Shown one piece after another: positions 1 to 8,928 of a DNA stretch of 64,000 nt; the stretch's first letter is position 1; each line of letters opens with the position of its first letter. The position numbers and the translations under genes were made by a program. The notes below the pieces were generated by a model. It was not told where the DNA came from, made no database searches, and was given only the letters and a program-made list of their open reading frames with translations. Source of the stretch: Rhizobium sp. Q54 (GTDB lineage: Bacteria; Pseudomonadota; Alphaproteobacteria; UBA7879; VGCX01); assembly GCA_945870825.1 (NCBI GenBank), contig CAMBTM010000005.1, positions 33 through 64,032 on the forward strand, given 5' to 3'.

Positions 1-34
1 GGCGGGCGGGGCCCCTAGGACCGTTGGGGGCGCA

Positions 35-688
35 ATGGACAGTCCTGCAATAATTCCCCCTCTTCCCACTGCAAGTGTACCAAGACCGCTTGGAAGAGCT
101 ATCCCTGACGTTGCCAGAGGGTTTGAAGAAGAATACAACCAGTTTTTAAGGATGATGCTGGTCTATAAACCCAATGAAGACAATGATGTTGGGCGTGTTA
201 ATATCCCTGTTCATAGTCTGATGAATCCACTTTCTGGAAGGTTTGATCTGAGTGCTTTTGGGGATACTGGGAAATATATCAGTATTCATACCGGGTATAG
301 AAAAGGAAAAATACCTGCCAACAAAGATAAGGTAGAAATTTGGATCTGTCCGAGGTTTTTAGCAGCCCAGAAGTTAGAAACCACGGCCGCGCATCTTGGA
401 CTAATCATGACAGAATGGGAGAATCCTGTTGGATATTTCTGGACGCTGGGAAATTGGAATAATTTGTATTGGTATGATTATTTAATAAAAGGTGGAGCAG
501 CTATAGATCCTACAAAAAATTTATATGAAAAAGCGCGTCACAGCCGTCATCGCATCGAACGCTCACCGCCCAGACCAATGCGACCCGATGCATGGCCATG
601 GCTGCGAGTTGCCGAGGCAGGGGTGGGTGAGGGAAGCAGCAGATATATTTATTTATGTGATAGCGTGAGCGGTGTGGGGGCGAAATAG
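35..688 (+). CDS. Hypothetical protein. It may be truncated by the window edge or disrupted by the neighbouring intron remnant. The 3' ~150 nt are very GC-rich and may not be genuine coding sequence.
   Basis: 217-aa ORF with no recognisable motifs; it starts 34 nt from the window edge; the GC-rich tail overlaps the likely 3' part of the intron remnant on the opposite strand. Confidence 0.3.
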   Translation: MDSPAIIPPLPTASVPRPLGRAIPDVARGFEEEYNQFLRMMLVYKPNEDNDVGRVNIPVHSLMNPLSGRFDLSAFGDTGKYISIHTGYRKGKIPANKDKVEIWICPRFLAAQKLETTAAHLGLIMTEWENPVGYFWTLGNWNNLYWYDYLIKGGAAIDPTKNLYEKARHSRHRIERSPPRPMRPDAWPWLRVAEAGVGEGSSRYIYLCDSVSGVGAK

Positions 689-691
689 GCT

Positions 692-1289
692 TTAAGCGGT
701 TGCCGGCCGGACCAGGGATATCAATTGGGGCAAGCAGCGTCGCAAGCTTGCCTCAAAGTGATGATTGACCTTACCTAAGCCGAGCATGAGCCATCGCCCC
801 CCCCAACTCCCAATAGAGTGACGTACCGCAGCTCGAGATGCACAAACTGTGGGCTTATTCTTAGCCCTCTCTTGTATCCGAGCTAACCGTGTCGCCCACT
901 CAATGTCGTTGGGCTTAGGTTCATTGGCCTGATACTCTGAGATATCGCGGTGGTGGTCTTGTCTTCTATTGTACCGCTTTTGTGCACCACGCCCGTACAA
1001 GCGCGGTGGCGCGTTCACTCATCCGGCGAATGGTTTCCGATGAGGGAAGGAGTGTTTTATCATCCATGTAGTACCCCAAAAAGTTAAATCCATGGGATAT
1101 TTTACCAATATAGGTTTTGGTGGGATGAAGATGGAGTTTTAAATCCTTCATGATATGGTGAGTTTTTTTAATAACTTTTCTTAAGCGCATTGCCTCATAA
1201 AAAATCGAACTATTTAGGGACCGTTGCCTCACGGTTGATTGTACTTGTTTACAGTGGCCAGAGCAATGAGAGTTCACATTTATCATCAA
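692..1289 (-). pseudogene. Group II intron-encoded reverse transcriptase/maturase remnant. It is frameshifted and the N-terminal RT domains are missing.
   Basis: ORF 966..1289 contains HLHPTKTYIGKISHGFNFLGYY (compare RT domain 7 ...KTKI...GFDFLGF) followed by LLPSSETIRRMSERATAL (thumb/X-domain start); the continuation lies in another frame in ORF 692..1018; no upstream RT domains 0-6 are present. Confidence 0.55.
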
Positions 1290-1507
1290 TTCCTAATATA
1301 TCAATGTATATTCACTATATATTTATTGTGGTTGCCAAAGGCAGCTTCTCTAGGGTTTTAAGAAAATAACCCTTATTATTCAATGAAGATTTCTGAAATA
1401 CCCAGAAAATAAGGCTCTAGACTTGCAAAAAGTATTTTTAAGAGCCTTGAGTTTTTCTTTCTTTTGCAGCTTCTATTCATAGGATTTTAGATTGGTTTCA
1501 TTTAAGC

Positions 1508-1909
1508 ATGAAGATAAAAAATATCTCGTTGTCTGAGGCGTTAAAACAAAAATTAATTCACATAAAATGGCATTTGTGGCGAGGGAATTTAGAAAGAGCC
1601 CTTCAACGATTAACCACTCTTATAACCCTATGTTCTGGTGTATCAGCCGAACGATTAAAAAAGTTAAAAAATTATGTTGAAAACAATGCTGATAAAATCA
1701 TTAATTATAGAGAACGCCAAAAGCAAGGACTTCCGTTTACTAGTAATATTGCTGAATCAACAGTAGAAAGCCTCATCAACCAACGATGTAAAGGTCAGCA
1801 ACATATGCGTTGGTCGAGAGAAGGATTAGATCCTATTTTGCAAATTAGAGCGGCCATTGCCAGCAACGATTGGGATAAAAACTGGAGAACGGCTATCTCT
1901 TCAATCTAA
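1508..1909 (+). pseudogene. C-terminal fragment of an IS transposase (ISKra4-like family suspected). The N-terminal ~300 aa are missing.
   Basis: 133-aa ORF ending ...FTSNIAESTVESLINQRCKGQQHMRWSREGLDPILQIRAAIASNDWDKNW, which resembles the conserved C-terminus of ISKra4-family transposases (G/TSxxxESxN...R.K..G..W...G......LR.A..NG.W); an in-frame stop lies 60 nt upstream, so it is a truncated remnant. Confidence 0.45.
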
Positions 1910-2038
1910 TTATATACAACCATAAATATTACACTTCCTTTGAGAAACATCAACATATGGATATTTTTTTAAAAGCGCTTCATGATCTAACCCCATGAAT
2001 GTATTCACGATCTCATTCTCCAGACTGCCTCTTGCGTC

Positions 2039-2060
2039 TCATATGTACTGAACTCATACA
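2039..2060. repeat. 22-bp dispersed repeat copy 1 (tcatAtgtactgaactcataca); possibly the terminal end of the IS remnant
   Basis: 21/22 identity with 55326..55347; lies ~150 nt downstream of the transposase fragment stop. Confidence 0.5.
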
Positions 2061-2134
2061 GGGCTGTAGTTCTCCATTGATTTTCAGCAGTCGTTCAGAT
2101 AAATTAAATATATAACAATAATAAATGCACTGGG

Positions 2135-4855
2135 ATGGCGGTAAAAAAATTCATTAACGTCCTGTTTTTACTCACCATTATTTGTATGGCGATGGAGGCT
2201 TATGCCCAAGTCACATCGTTTGCAGAACAATTCATTACAAAACCTCTTGAATCCAAATCCATGATGCGCCCAGAAGATGATGCAGAAAAGGCGGCTGAAA
2301 ATATGCGAGAGGCCCCAGAGGGCACAGATGAAACCTTAAAAAAAGAAGCCGAGTCAGAATTCAAACACGATTCTTTTATTCTCAAAAATATCATCTTTAA
2401 AGGAAATACCGTTTACAGTGCTGATGAATTAAAATTTATTTACCAAGAGCAACTCAATAATTTAACCAATCTAAAAACCCTCAAAACGATTGCGACAAAG
2501 ATCTCTGACTTCTATCGTAAAAATGGGTATATTCTGTCGCGTGCCATTTTGCCAACCCAAGAAATTGTCGGTGGTACTGTTGTTATTAATATCCACGAAG
2601 AAGGGATTAAGCACATTAGTTTTCAAGGGGATGTGGAGGCAATCGCCCACCTTAAAGACATTGTTCAAACAAACCTCTTTAAATCTGTGCCCTTTCGTTT
2701 GAAGGACTTACAAACACAGATCAACCTGCTACGTGCCAGTACGTCTGTCATGGTTTATCCAGAGTTAACACCTGAAAGCAAAAAATCTTTAGATACAAAA
2801 TTGACCCTTGTGATTAAAGCAACCCCCAAAGATCTCGAGGATCCTATTGAAAATAAAGACGGATCTTTTTACCTGAAACGCATTGATTTGAAAGGGAACA
2901 AGATGATTGTGACCGAAGACTTGGAGACCCTGTTTCGACAAGACTTGGGCAAGCAGGTCACAGAAAAGAAACTTCAAGAGATTGCTTCTCGCATTTCAGC
3001 GTTCTATCGCGCCCAAGGATTTGTGCTGTCACGCGCTTTTTTGCCAAAGCAGACAGCCCATGATGGAAGAGTTTATATTGTCATTAAAGAAGGCAACCTC
3101 CATAAGGTTTCTATAGAAGGGGATATAGAAGGCGTATCGCCGGAAAAAATTACTGAAACTACCAATGCTATTGATACCCTGCGCCCTTTCCATTTAAAGG
3201 ATCTGACACGGTACACAGCGATGGTTCAAGAACTAGGACATTTCCACGTTTACCCCAGCTTGAAGCCCGTTAAAACAGGCACCAAAGCAGATCTTGTCTT
3301 TTTCATCAAAAGCATGAAACCTGAGGAAATCCAAGAACAAGAAATAGAAAAAGTCGAAATACCAACGAACTTTAAACTAACCCAAGTGGAAATAACAGGC
3401 AATACCGCTTTTGATACAGAACGCCTTTTAGAATTTGCGGAAGATAAAATAGGGAAGATTATTTCCCTTCAAGATGTCCAAGAAATGACTCAAAATATCA
3501 CTCGGTTTTATCGCCAAAAAGGCTATATCTTGTCCCAAGCCATTTTGCCCCCCCAAGATGTGGAAAATGGCCGCATTCAGATTAAAGTCCTCGAAGGGTA
3601 TATCAGTGAGATCATTTTTGAAGGGGATACTCACGATATCGAAGATTTCTTAGCCAGTACCGCCGATAGTATTAAAAATTCACGCCCTCTACATATCAGG
3701 GATTTGGAAAGTCATCTTCTACGCCTCAAAGATCTGCCTCATCTCAGTGTAACATCGACCATGCGCCCTAGTACCCATATCAAATATTCATCAACCCTCA
3801 TCGTGACTGTGAAAAAACATTACTGGGAAGGCAGCATCAGCGGGAACAACTACGGCAGTGAAAATGTAGGTCCCGTTCAAGCAACAGCTATGTTGAGTTT
3901 TGTAAGCCCCCTGAGTTCTGCTCATAAAATGAATGTCTCCGTTTCAAAGAGCTATGAACCCCATGAATTGAAATTATTGCAAACCGGCTATACTATCCCC
4001 GTTGGCACAAGCGGGGCCAAAGTCACCTTAGACACCATGATTTCAAGATCCCAGCCCAGCAGTGCTAATTTTGGCTCAAACCTTCAGATCTATGGATCAG
4101 AAAATCGTATGGGTGCCAGTGCGTCTGTTCCGGTCCTTAGGGGACGTTACTATAATCTTTACGGAAACCTTGATTTTACATCTCGTAATGTAGAGTCAAC
4201 ATCCTCGTTGAATCTAACAGATACTATGGACCGTATCCGCAAGGTATCCACGGGATTTGTCCTTGATTTTAGTGATGTCTTGCAGGGTATGAATATTATC
4301 CGCGTCGATGGTGTCCACGGCCTTCCCGTCTTTGGGGCAACACGAAAAGAACAAGGGAATAAATCCCGCCCCACTGGGGACCCTCGTTTTTATCTCGTGA
4401 ATTTCTTCGCATCCCGAGAACAACATATTTTTGGGCCCTTCTCTCTTTATGGTCTGGCTCATGGACAAGTATCCTTTAGCCCCCTCCTTTCTGCAGAACG
4501 GTTCAGAGGCGGTGGTATGCCTTATAACAAGGCTTATCCAAACTCTGCCATCACAGGTGACAGTGGCGTCGAAGAAAAATTAGAATTCCGCTACACAAAA
4601 CCCATGGAGAACTTCTTGAAGCACTATATGGTGTATTTTTATGCCAGCCAAATCCAAATTTGGAATAGAACAGAAGAAGTCGCAGAAAAGAAAAAAGGCA
4701 AAGCCAATGCCATCGGTATTGGAGGGCGCGCCACCTTCCAAAGTGGCCCCACACTAGAACTCGAGTACGGTCGCCCCACCACAGCAACTGTCAACAATCA
4801 ACGATATAAATCCAAAATTCTCATGGGATTCACGTATGCCATGAATAATGGATAA
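2135..4855 (+). CDS. Outer-membrane Omp85/TpsB (ShlB/FhaC)-superfamily transporter with three ShlB-type POTRA repeats and a C-terminal beta-barrel
   Basis: Signal peptide MAVKKFINVLFLLTIICMAMEAYAQ; three ~85-aa repeats with the pattern I.F.GN......L........G......L......I...YR..GY.LS.A.LP.Q.......V.I...EG.I..I...GD at about aa 80-165, 245-330 and 415-495; a ~400-aa C-terminal region with alternating hydrophobic/aromatic strands and a GDSGVEEKLEFRY-type motif; acidic linkers. Confidence 0.6.
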   Translation: MAVKKFINVLFLLTIICMAMEAYAQVTSFAEQFITKPLESKSMMRPEDDAEKAAENMREAPEGTDETLKKEAESEFKHDSFILKNIIFKGNTVYSADELKFIYQEQLNNLTNLKTLKTIATKISDFYRKNGYILSRAILPTQEIVGGTVVINIHEEGIKHISFQGDVEAIAHLKDIVQTNLFKSVPFRLKDLQTQINLLRASTSVMVYPELTPESKKSLDTKLTLVIKATPKDLEDPIENKDGSFYLKRIDLKGNKMIVTEDLETLFRQDLGKQVTEKKLQEIASRISAFYRAQGFVLSRAFLPKQTAHDGRVYIVIKEGNLHKVSIEGDIEGVSPEKITETTNAIDTLRPFHLKDLTRYTAMVQELGHFHVYPSLKPVKTGTKADLVFFIKSMKPEEIQEQEIEKVEIPTNFKLTQVEITGNTAFDTERLLEFAEDKIGKIISLQDVQEMTQNITRFYRQKGYILSQAILPPQDVENGRIQIKVLEGYISEIIFEGDTHDIEDFLASTADSIKNSRPLHIRDLESHLLRLKDLPHLSVTSTMRPSTHIKYSSTLIVTVKKHYWEGSISGNNYGSENVGPVQATAMLSFVSPLSSAHKMNVSVSKSYEPHELKLLQTGYTIPVGTSGAKVTLDTMISRSQPSSANFGSNLQIYGSENRMGASASVPVLRGRYYNLYGNLDFTSRNVESTSSLNLTDTMDRIRKVSTGFVLDFSDVLQGMNIIRVDGVHGLPVFGATRKEQGNKSRPTGDPRFYLVNFFASREQHIFGPFSLYGLAHGQVSFSPLLSAERFRGGGMPYNKAYPNSAITGDSGVEEKLEFRYTKPMENFLKHYMVYFYASQIQIWNRTEEVAEKKKGKANAIGIGGRATFQSGPTLELEYGRPTTATVNNQRYKSKILMGFTYAMNNG

Positions 4856-4987
4856 TAGGATCAGCAACTCTCTGGAGCTGACACAATGCCAGTGATGAGG
4901 ATGGAGAAGAGGTGTGAATCATCTGCGAAGGACAGCCTGTGGGGAAATAGCTTCCTTATCAATGGGTTCAAGAGAGAAGTTGTTCGA

Positions 4988-6277
4988 TTATTTATCGACG
5001 GGAAACTTCTTCATGAGGACAAGAAGAATCAAGAGTCCTGGGACAGCCCCTACTGTTGCAACGAAAAAGAACGTTACCCAATCAAAGTGCTCGGCCAAAG
5101 GCCCTGAGACCAAGGACGAAACATAGGTCCGGGGGATCGCCATGATGGCAGAAAAAAGGGCGTATTGTGTTCCTGTAAAGGACTGATTACACAGCCTTGA
5201 AAGGTACGCCACAAATCCACTGGCCATGGCACCCGCCGATAAGTTTTCAGCTGCCACAGTCGCGTATAAAAGCGGCACAGAATGCCCTGTGTGGGCCAAA
5301 AGAACAAATAAGAGGTTCGCCCCCATATGCATGAGTCCTGCAACCAACATGGTCTTCATAATGCCCCAGCGGAAACCAATACTTCCCCCGATGAATCCCC
5401 CCAAAACCACCATCCATATGCCAAAAGTCTTTGTGGCAATGGCGATCTGTGTCCCTGTAAAGCCCAGCTCTTGGTAAAAGACCATGGACATCCGGCCAAT
5501 CATTTGGTCTCCAAAATAGTAGAGAAGAATGAACGCCAAAATCCATCCCCACCCCGATTTTTGAATAAAGTCTTTAAACGGTCCCACATAAGATTCCAGT
5601 ACCCAGTCGATCACACCCCCTGGCCTTGGTGCCCGAGTACTTTTAGGCTCTTTGCAGATCAGTGTTGTAAGAATCCCAACTGCCATGAAAAGGGCCAAAA
5701 TAAGATAGACCATATCCCACGTCATCCGGTCCGATAACCAAAGCCCCAAGCTTCCGGTCAACATCATACCCAAACGGTATCCAAAGACCTCCATACTAGC
5801 CCCTGCAGGGTATTCTTCTTTTTCCAAAGACTCCACACGGTATGCGTCAATAATAATATCTTGAGTCGCTGAACAAAATGCCAAAATCAGGGCAAAGATT
5901 GCCATACGTTCAATATTGTGGGTCGGATCACTTTGTCCCATCAAGATAATACTGGCTGTGAGGAAAATTTGGATCAGTAACAACCACCCCCGCCGCAGTC
6001 CCAGCTTTTTGAAAAAGAACGGCGGATTGAGGCGATCCACAAAAGGCGCCCAGACGGGTTTTAAGGTATAAGGCATCCCAACCAACCCAAAAAGGGCAAT
6101 GGATGTTTTGGAAATACCAACGGATGCCAACCACCATGACACAACAGAAATGGTCATCATCAAAGGAAGACCACTTGAAAAACCAAGGAGAAGAACCACA
6201 ATAAGCCGTGGACGCAAGTAAAAAGAAAAAAAATCCAAAAAAATCTTCTTGTTTATTGATTTTTTATTTTTTGACAT
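4988..6277 (-). CDS. ampG: AmpG muropeptide permease (MFS)
   Basis: LLLGFSSGLPLMMTISVVSWWL signature of the AmpG family; 12+ TM helices; 429 aa. Confidence 0.8.
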   Translation of the reverse strand: MSKNKKSINKKIFLDFFSFYLRPRLIVVLLLGFSSGLPLMMTISVVSWWLASVGISKTSIALFGLVGMPYTLKPVWAPFVDRLNPPFFFKKLGLRRGWLLLIQIFLTASIILMGQSDPTHNIERMAIFALILAFCSATQDIIIDAYRVESLEKEEYPAGASMEVFGYRLGMMLTGSLGLWLSDRMTWDMVYLILALFMAVGILTTLICKEPKSTRAPRPGGVIDWVLESYVGPFKDFIQKSGWGWILAFILLYYFGDQMIGRMSMVFYQELGFTGTQIAIATKTFGIWMVVLGGFIGGSIGFRWGIMKTMLVAGLMHMGANLLFVLLAHTGHSVPLLYATVAAENLSAGAMASGFVAYLSRLCNQSFTGTQYALFSAIMAIPRTYVSSLVSGPLAEHFDWVTFFFVATVGAVPGLLILLVLMKKFPVDK

Positions 6278-6290
6278 TGATGAATTCCTA

Positions 6291-6539
6291 TTAATCTACC
6301 CAATCCAATTGATCCATTATTTTCTGGGCAACCCATACAAAGAATATTACCGAAGGGTAGGCGATGACAATGCCTTTTCCAAAGCCTCTCAACCAGTCCT
6401 CGAAAAAGGCCCCAGAAAAACCATGATGCCATACGCGCATAGAAAAGGACATGGTGGCACTGACAGGTATCACCACAAAAAAAGCCATAACAAATCGAAA
6501 ATATTTCTTCTTTATTCTAATCGACATCGTCTTTTCCAT
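6291..6539 (-). CDS. Small hypothetical membrane protein
   Basis: 82 aa with two hydrophobic helices; co-directional with, and overlapping the 3' end of, the upstream GT39 gene. Confidence 0.35.
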   Translation of the reverse strand: MEKTMSIRIKKKYFRFVMAFFVVIPVSATMSFSMRVWHHGFSGAFFEDWLRGFGKGIVIAYPSVIFFVWVAQKIMDQLDWVD

Positions 6540-7939
6540 TCATAAATGTTTAATCCATGATCAGCGTATACTTCCCTACAAAATCCGCCACACCGTTGCT
6601 CAAATTCTTTGATATCGCGTTGATGGACAACAAATAATTTAGGATAAGGATCCTCTGCGGCTGTTTGAAAATCTAAAAAACGTCCCTTCCCTGCAGTTGT
6701 CGTTTGTCCAAAAGCCAAATCTGCGCTTTCACTGTCAACAATCGGTAGCGGCTTTCCGTAATAGAAAATGACGCTGGAGAAGTGTTCAAACCGCTTATAG
6801 AGATAAATGTGTTTATGAAACTGTTTTAAAAATCGGGCCCCTTCAATGGCAGAAATTTCTGTATTCTTTGAAGGAAGGATCCACGTTGCCCCTATCAATG
6901 CTAGTGTTGCAAAGATAGTCGCGATTTTTAAAAGGCGGACAAAACGGGTGTGATGGCTGAAATAATCGACAAGCAGAAGAGCCAACGGCGGCATCCCAAG
7001 AACCATGTAATAATTGGCTTTGGCTTGAGATGCACTAAAAAACAAAAAGACTAACCCAAACCATAGCCATAAAAAAAGTCTCAGGCTTGAATCGGGCGAT
7101 GGCTTAGAAATGGATTTTCCCACAAATGGCAAAAGGAAGGTCCAAGGCAGAAAATAGGCTGGTAAGCGGATCAGATAATAGTAAAGAGGGCCGTGATAAT
7201 AATCCCGGGGCACGCGTTTGTCTAAAAACCGCATGACGTGTTCATTAATAAAATAGAACCAGGAAAAATCAAGTTGTTGGAAATGAGCCAAAATATGCCA
7301 AGGACCTGTGATGATAAGAAAAAGCATGATGCCCAAGGTATCCCAAAGGGCAAATATTTTAGAAAATGATCGGTATTTTACCCATTGAAATATCCCACAG
7401 ATAAGCCCTATTAGACACAATGATAGAAGGCCTTTGGTCAAAATGGCAAAACTTAAGAAAACATAAAAGAACCTTATCCATTTTTTCTTCCCTGTTTGAT
7501 CAAAAAGATAAAATGATAGCATGGCAAAGGTAAAAAAAGCCGTTAAAAGACCATCAAAGAAGACCATGCGGGAGAAAACAGCAAAGCCTAAGCTTGTGGC
7601 AAGCAGAGTTCCAGCCCAAAATCCCTGACGGGTTTTGCCTAACCTATGGCAGAAGAAAATAAGGGAAAGGGTTGTCAAAAAACCAAAAGTTGCAGGGATA
7701 ACCCGCGCAGCCAAAACACTTTTTCCAAAAAGGGTGTAAGAGAAGGATATAAGCCAATAGAGCATAGGGGGTTTTTCAATATAGGGAACCCCATTCAAGA
7801 TCGGGATGACGAAATCTTTATTTTCCAGCATCTCCCACGCAATTTGCGCGTAAAGTCCCTCATTGTTATTAAGTAGAGCATAACTTGAAAGCCCCCAATA
7901 AAAGGCACCAAGGGCCGCAATAATGAACCAGAGAAACAT
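6512..7939 (-). CDS. ArnT-like family 39 glycosyltransferase (undecaprenyl/dolichyl-phosphate sugar transferase, PMT_2-type)
   Basis: N-terminus MFLWFIIAALGAFYWGLSSYALLNNNEGLYAQIAWEMLENKDFVIPILNGVPYIEKPPMLYWL is typical of ArnT/GT39; polytopic; the ORF-track start at 8275 runs through a repeat-filled leader and is probably artefactual; an ATG at 7939 precedes the first TM helix. Confidence 0.75.
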   Translation of the reverse strand: MFLWFIIAALGAFYWGLSSYALLNNNEGLYAQIAWEMLENKDFVIPILNGVPYIEKPPMLYWLISFSYTLFGKSVLAARVIPATFGFLTTLSLIFFCHRLGKTRQGFWAGTLLATSLGFAVFSRMVFFDGLLTAFFTFAMLSFYLFDQTGKKKWIRFFYVFLSFAILTKGLLSLCLIGLICGIFQWVKYRSFSKIFALWDTLGIMLFLIITGPWHILAHFQQLDFSWFYFINEHVMRFLDKRVPRDYYHGPLYYYLIRLPAYFLPWTFLLPFVGKSISKPSPDSSLRLFLWLWFGLVFLFFSASQAKANYYMVLGMPPLALLLVDYFSHHTRFVRLLKIATIFATLALIGATWILPSKNTEISAIEGARFLKQFHKHIYLYKRFEHFSSVIFYYGKPLPIVDSESADLAFGQTTTAGKGRFLDFQTAAEDPYPKLFVVHQRDIKEFEQRCGGFCREVYADHGLNIYEWKRRCRLE

Positions 7940-8006
7940 AGTATATAAATTTGTTTGTTCTATTCCGAGTCCCTTGTCATCGTGTTTGCCATCCCTCTCG
8001 CCCTGT

Positions 8007-8165
8007 TCGTCATCCCCGCGCAGGCGGGGACCCAGGGGAACTGTCGACATATCCACGTTACAAGGCTTTTCCACCCGCAAGAGCTTGTCTGTAATCCTGG
8101 GTCCCCGCCTGCGCGGGGATGACAAGAAGGGAATAGGTCCCCACCTGCACAGGGATGACGAACGG
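8007..8165. repeat. Three copies of a ~28-bp GC-rich hairpin-forming element (REP-like). Copies 1 and 2 are inverted relative to each other and copy 3 is a direct, degenerate copy of copy 2.
   Basis: 8007-8037 ttcgtcatccccgcgcaggcggggacccagg; 8096-8124 cctgggtccccgcctgcgcggggatgacaag (reverse complement of copy 1, 28/30); 8137-8165 ggtccccacctgcacagggatgacgaacgg; each copy contains an internal ccccgc/gcgggg stem. Confidence 0.6.
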
Positions 8166-8271
8166 GTAAAAAAGGCAGAAAAAAGACTAAAAAGGCCTAA
8201 AAACTTGGAAAAAATAGACCTTAAGAACTTACTTATCTCATAAAAAATGTCTTTTTTATACCCCCTCATCA

Positions 8272-8862
8272 TCAACTCTTATAGCCCAAAAAATTCTCAA
8301 TGACCCGCACAGAAATGTTAATCAACTTCAACCGTTCTTCCGCCTCTTTTGAGCCGCCATTCACATCAGGATGATATTGTTTAACTTGCTTTTTATAGGT
8401 GCGCTTCAGCTCTTCAGAAGTAATGGGAAAAGAAATTTGCATGATGTGCAGGGCCTTCAGTAATTCTTCTGGCAATTTTTGCTGAGGTTTTGGGGATGTT
8501 TTAAATTCTTCCCGCTGCTGAAAAAATCCAAAGACGTCTTCTCTGCCACCAAAGTCCCCTGTTTTAAAGGTGTTGACCTTTTGCCAAGCAGGGCGCCTCC
8601 AGAAAACATCGGCCCGGATTTCTTCTTCAATTTCTTTGGGTGTTAATCCTTTTAAATAATCCCACTGCAGATTATAGTCGCGCACATGATCTTCACAAAA
8701 CCAACGGTATTCCTCGAGAGTCTCGCGACTTTTGGGGGCCTTATAGGCACCTTGCCGCATACAATTGGCAACTTCACAGAAATGATCCAATGCGGGTTCT
8801 TCCGCCTTTGACTTTGTGTAATAGGTTTTAAAGAAACCCTTTCGGTCTTGGGATGTCATCAA
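8272..8862 (-). CDS. J-domain (DnaJ-like) protein with a Cys-containing N-terminal region
   Basis: C-terminal LKRTYKKQVKQYHPDVNGGSKEAEERLKLIN with the HPD motif of J-domains; N-terminal region with C..ANC...C..H. Confidence 0.6.
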   Translation of the reverse strand: MMTSQDRKGFFKTYYTKSKAEEPALDHFCEVANCMRQGAYKAPKSRETLEEYRWFCEDHVRDYNLQWDYLKGLTPKEIEEEIRADVFWRRPAWQKVNTFKTGDFGGREDVFGFFQQREEFKTSPKPQQKLPEELLKALHIMQISFPITSEELKRTYKKQVKQYHPDVNGGSKEAEERLKLINISVRVIENFLGYKS

Positions 8863-8928
8863 AAAATGTCCTTACGGGTGTTTTGTTTCTTTGTATAATG
8901 GAATGTATTGAAAAGCTAGAGGAAAGAC

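Noticed and set aside
540-700. GC-rich block, considered as group II intron domain V/VI on the minus strand
   Set aside because: By eye I could not find the conserved domain V hairpin (GAGC...GAAA...GYTC pattern). Without a covariance-model search the RNA assignment is unsupported, so only the protein remnant is reported.
4886-5126. Short overlapping plus-strand ORFs between the TpsB-like gene and ampG
   Set aside because: They overlap the 3' end of ampG in antisense and have no motifs. They sit in a convergent gene junction and are unlikely to be coding.
8007-8165. Possible CRISPR array
   Set aside because: Only three copies with irregular spacing. Two are in inverted orientation, and there is no leader or cas gene. 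It fits a REP-like palindromic element.
7940-8275. N-terminal 112-codon extension of the GT39 ORF in the six-frame track
   Set aside because: The extension runs through the three GC-rich hairpin repeats and encodes an Arg/Pro-rich non-membrane peptide. An ArnT-like protein should start at its first TM helix (MFLWFII, ATG at 7939).
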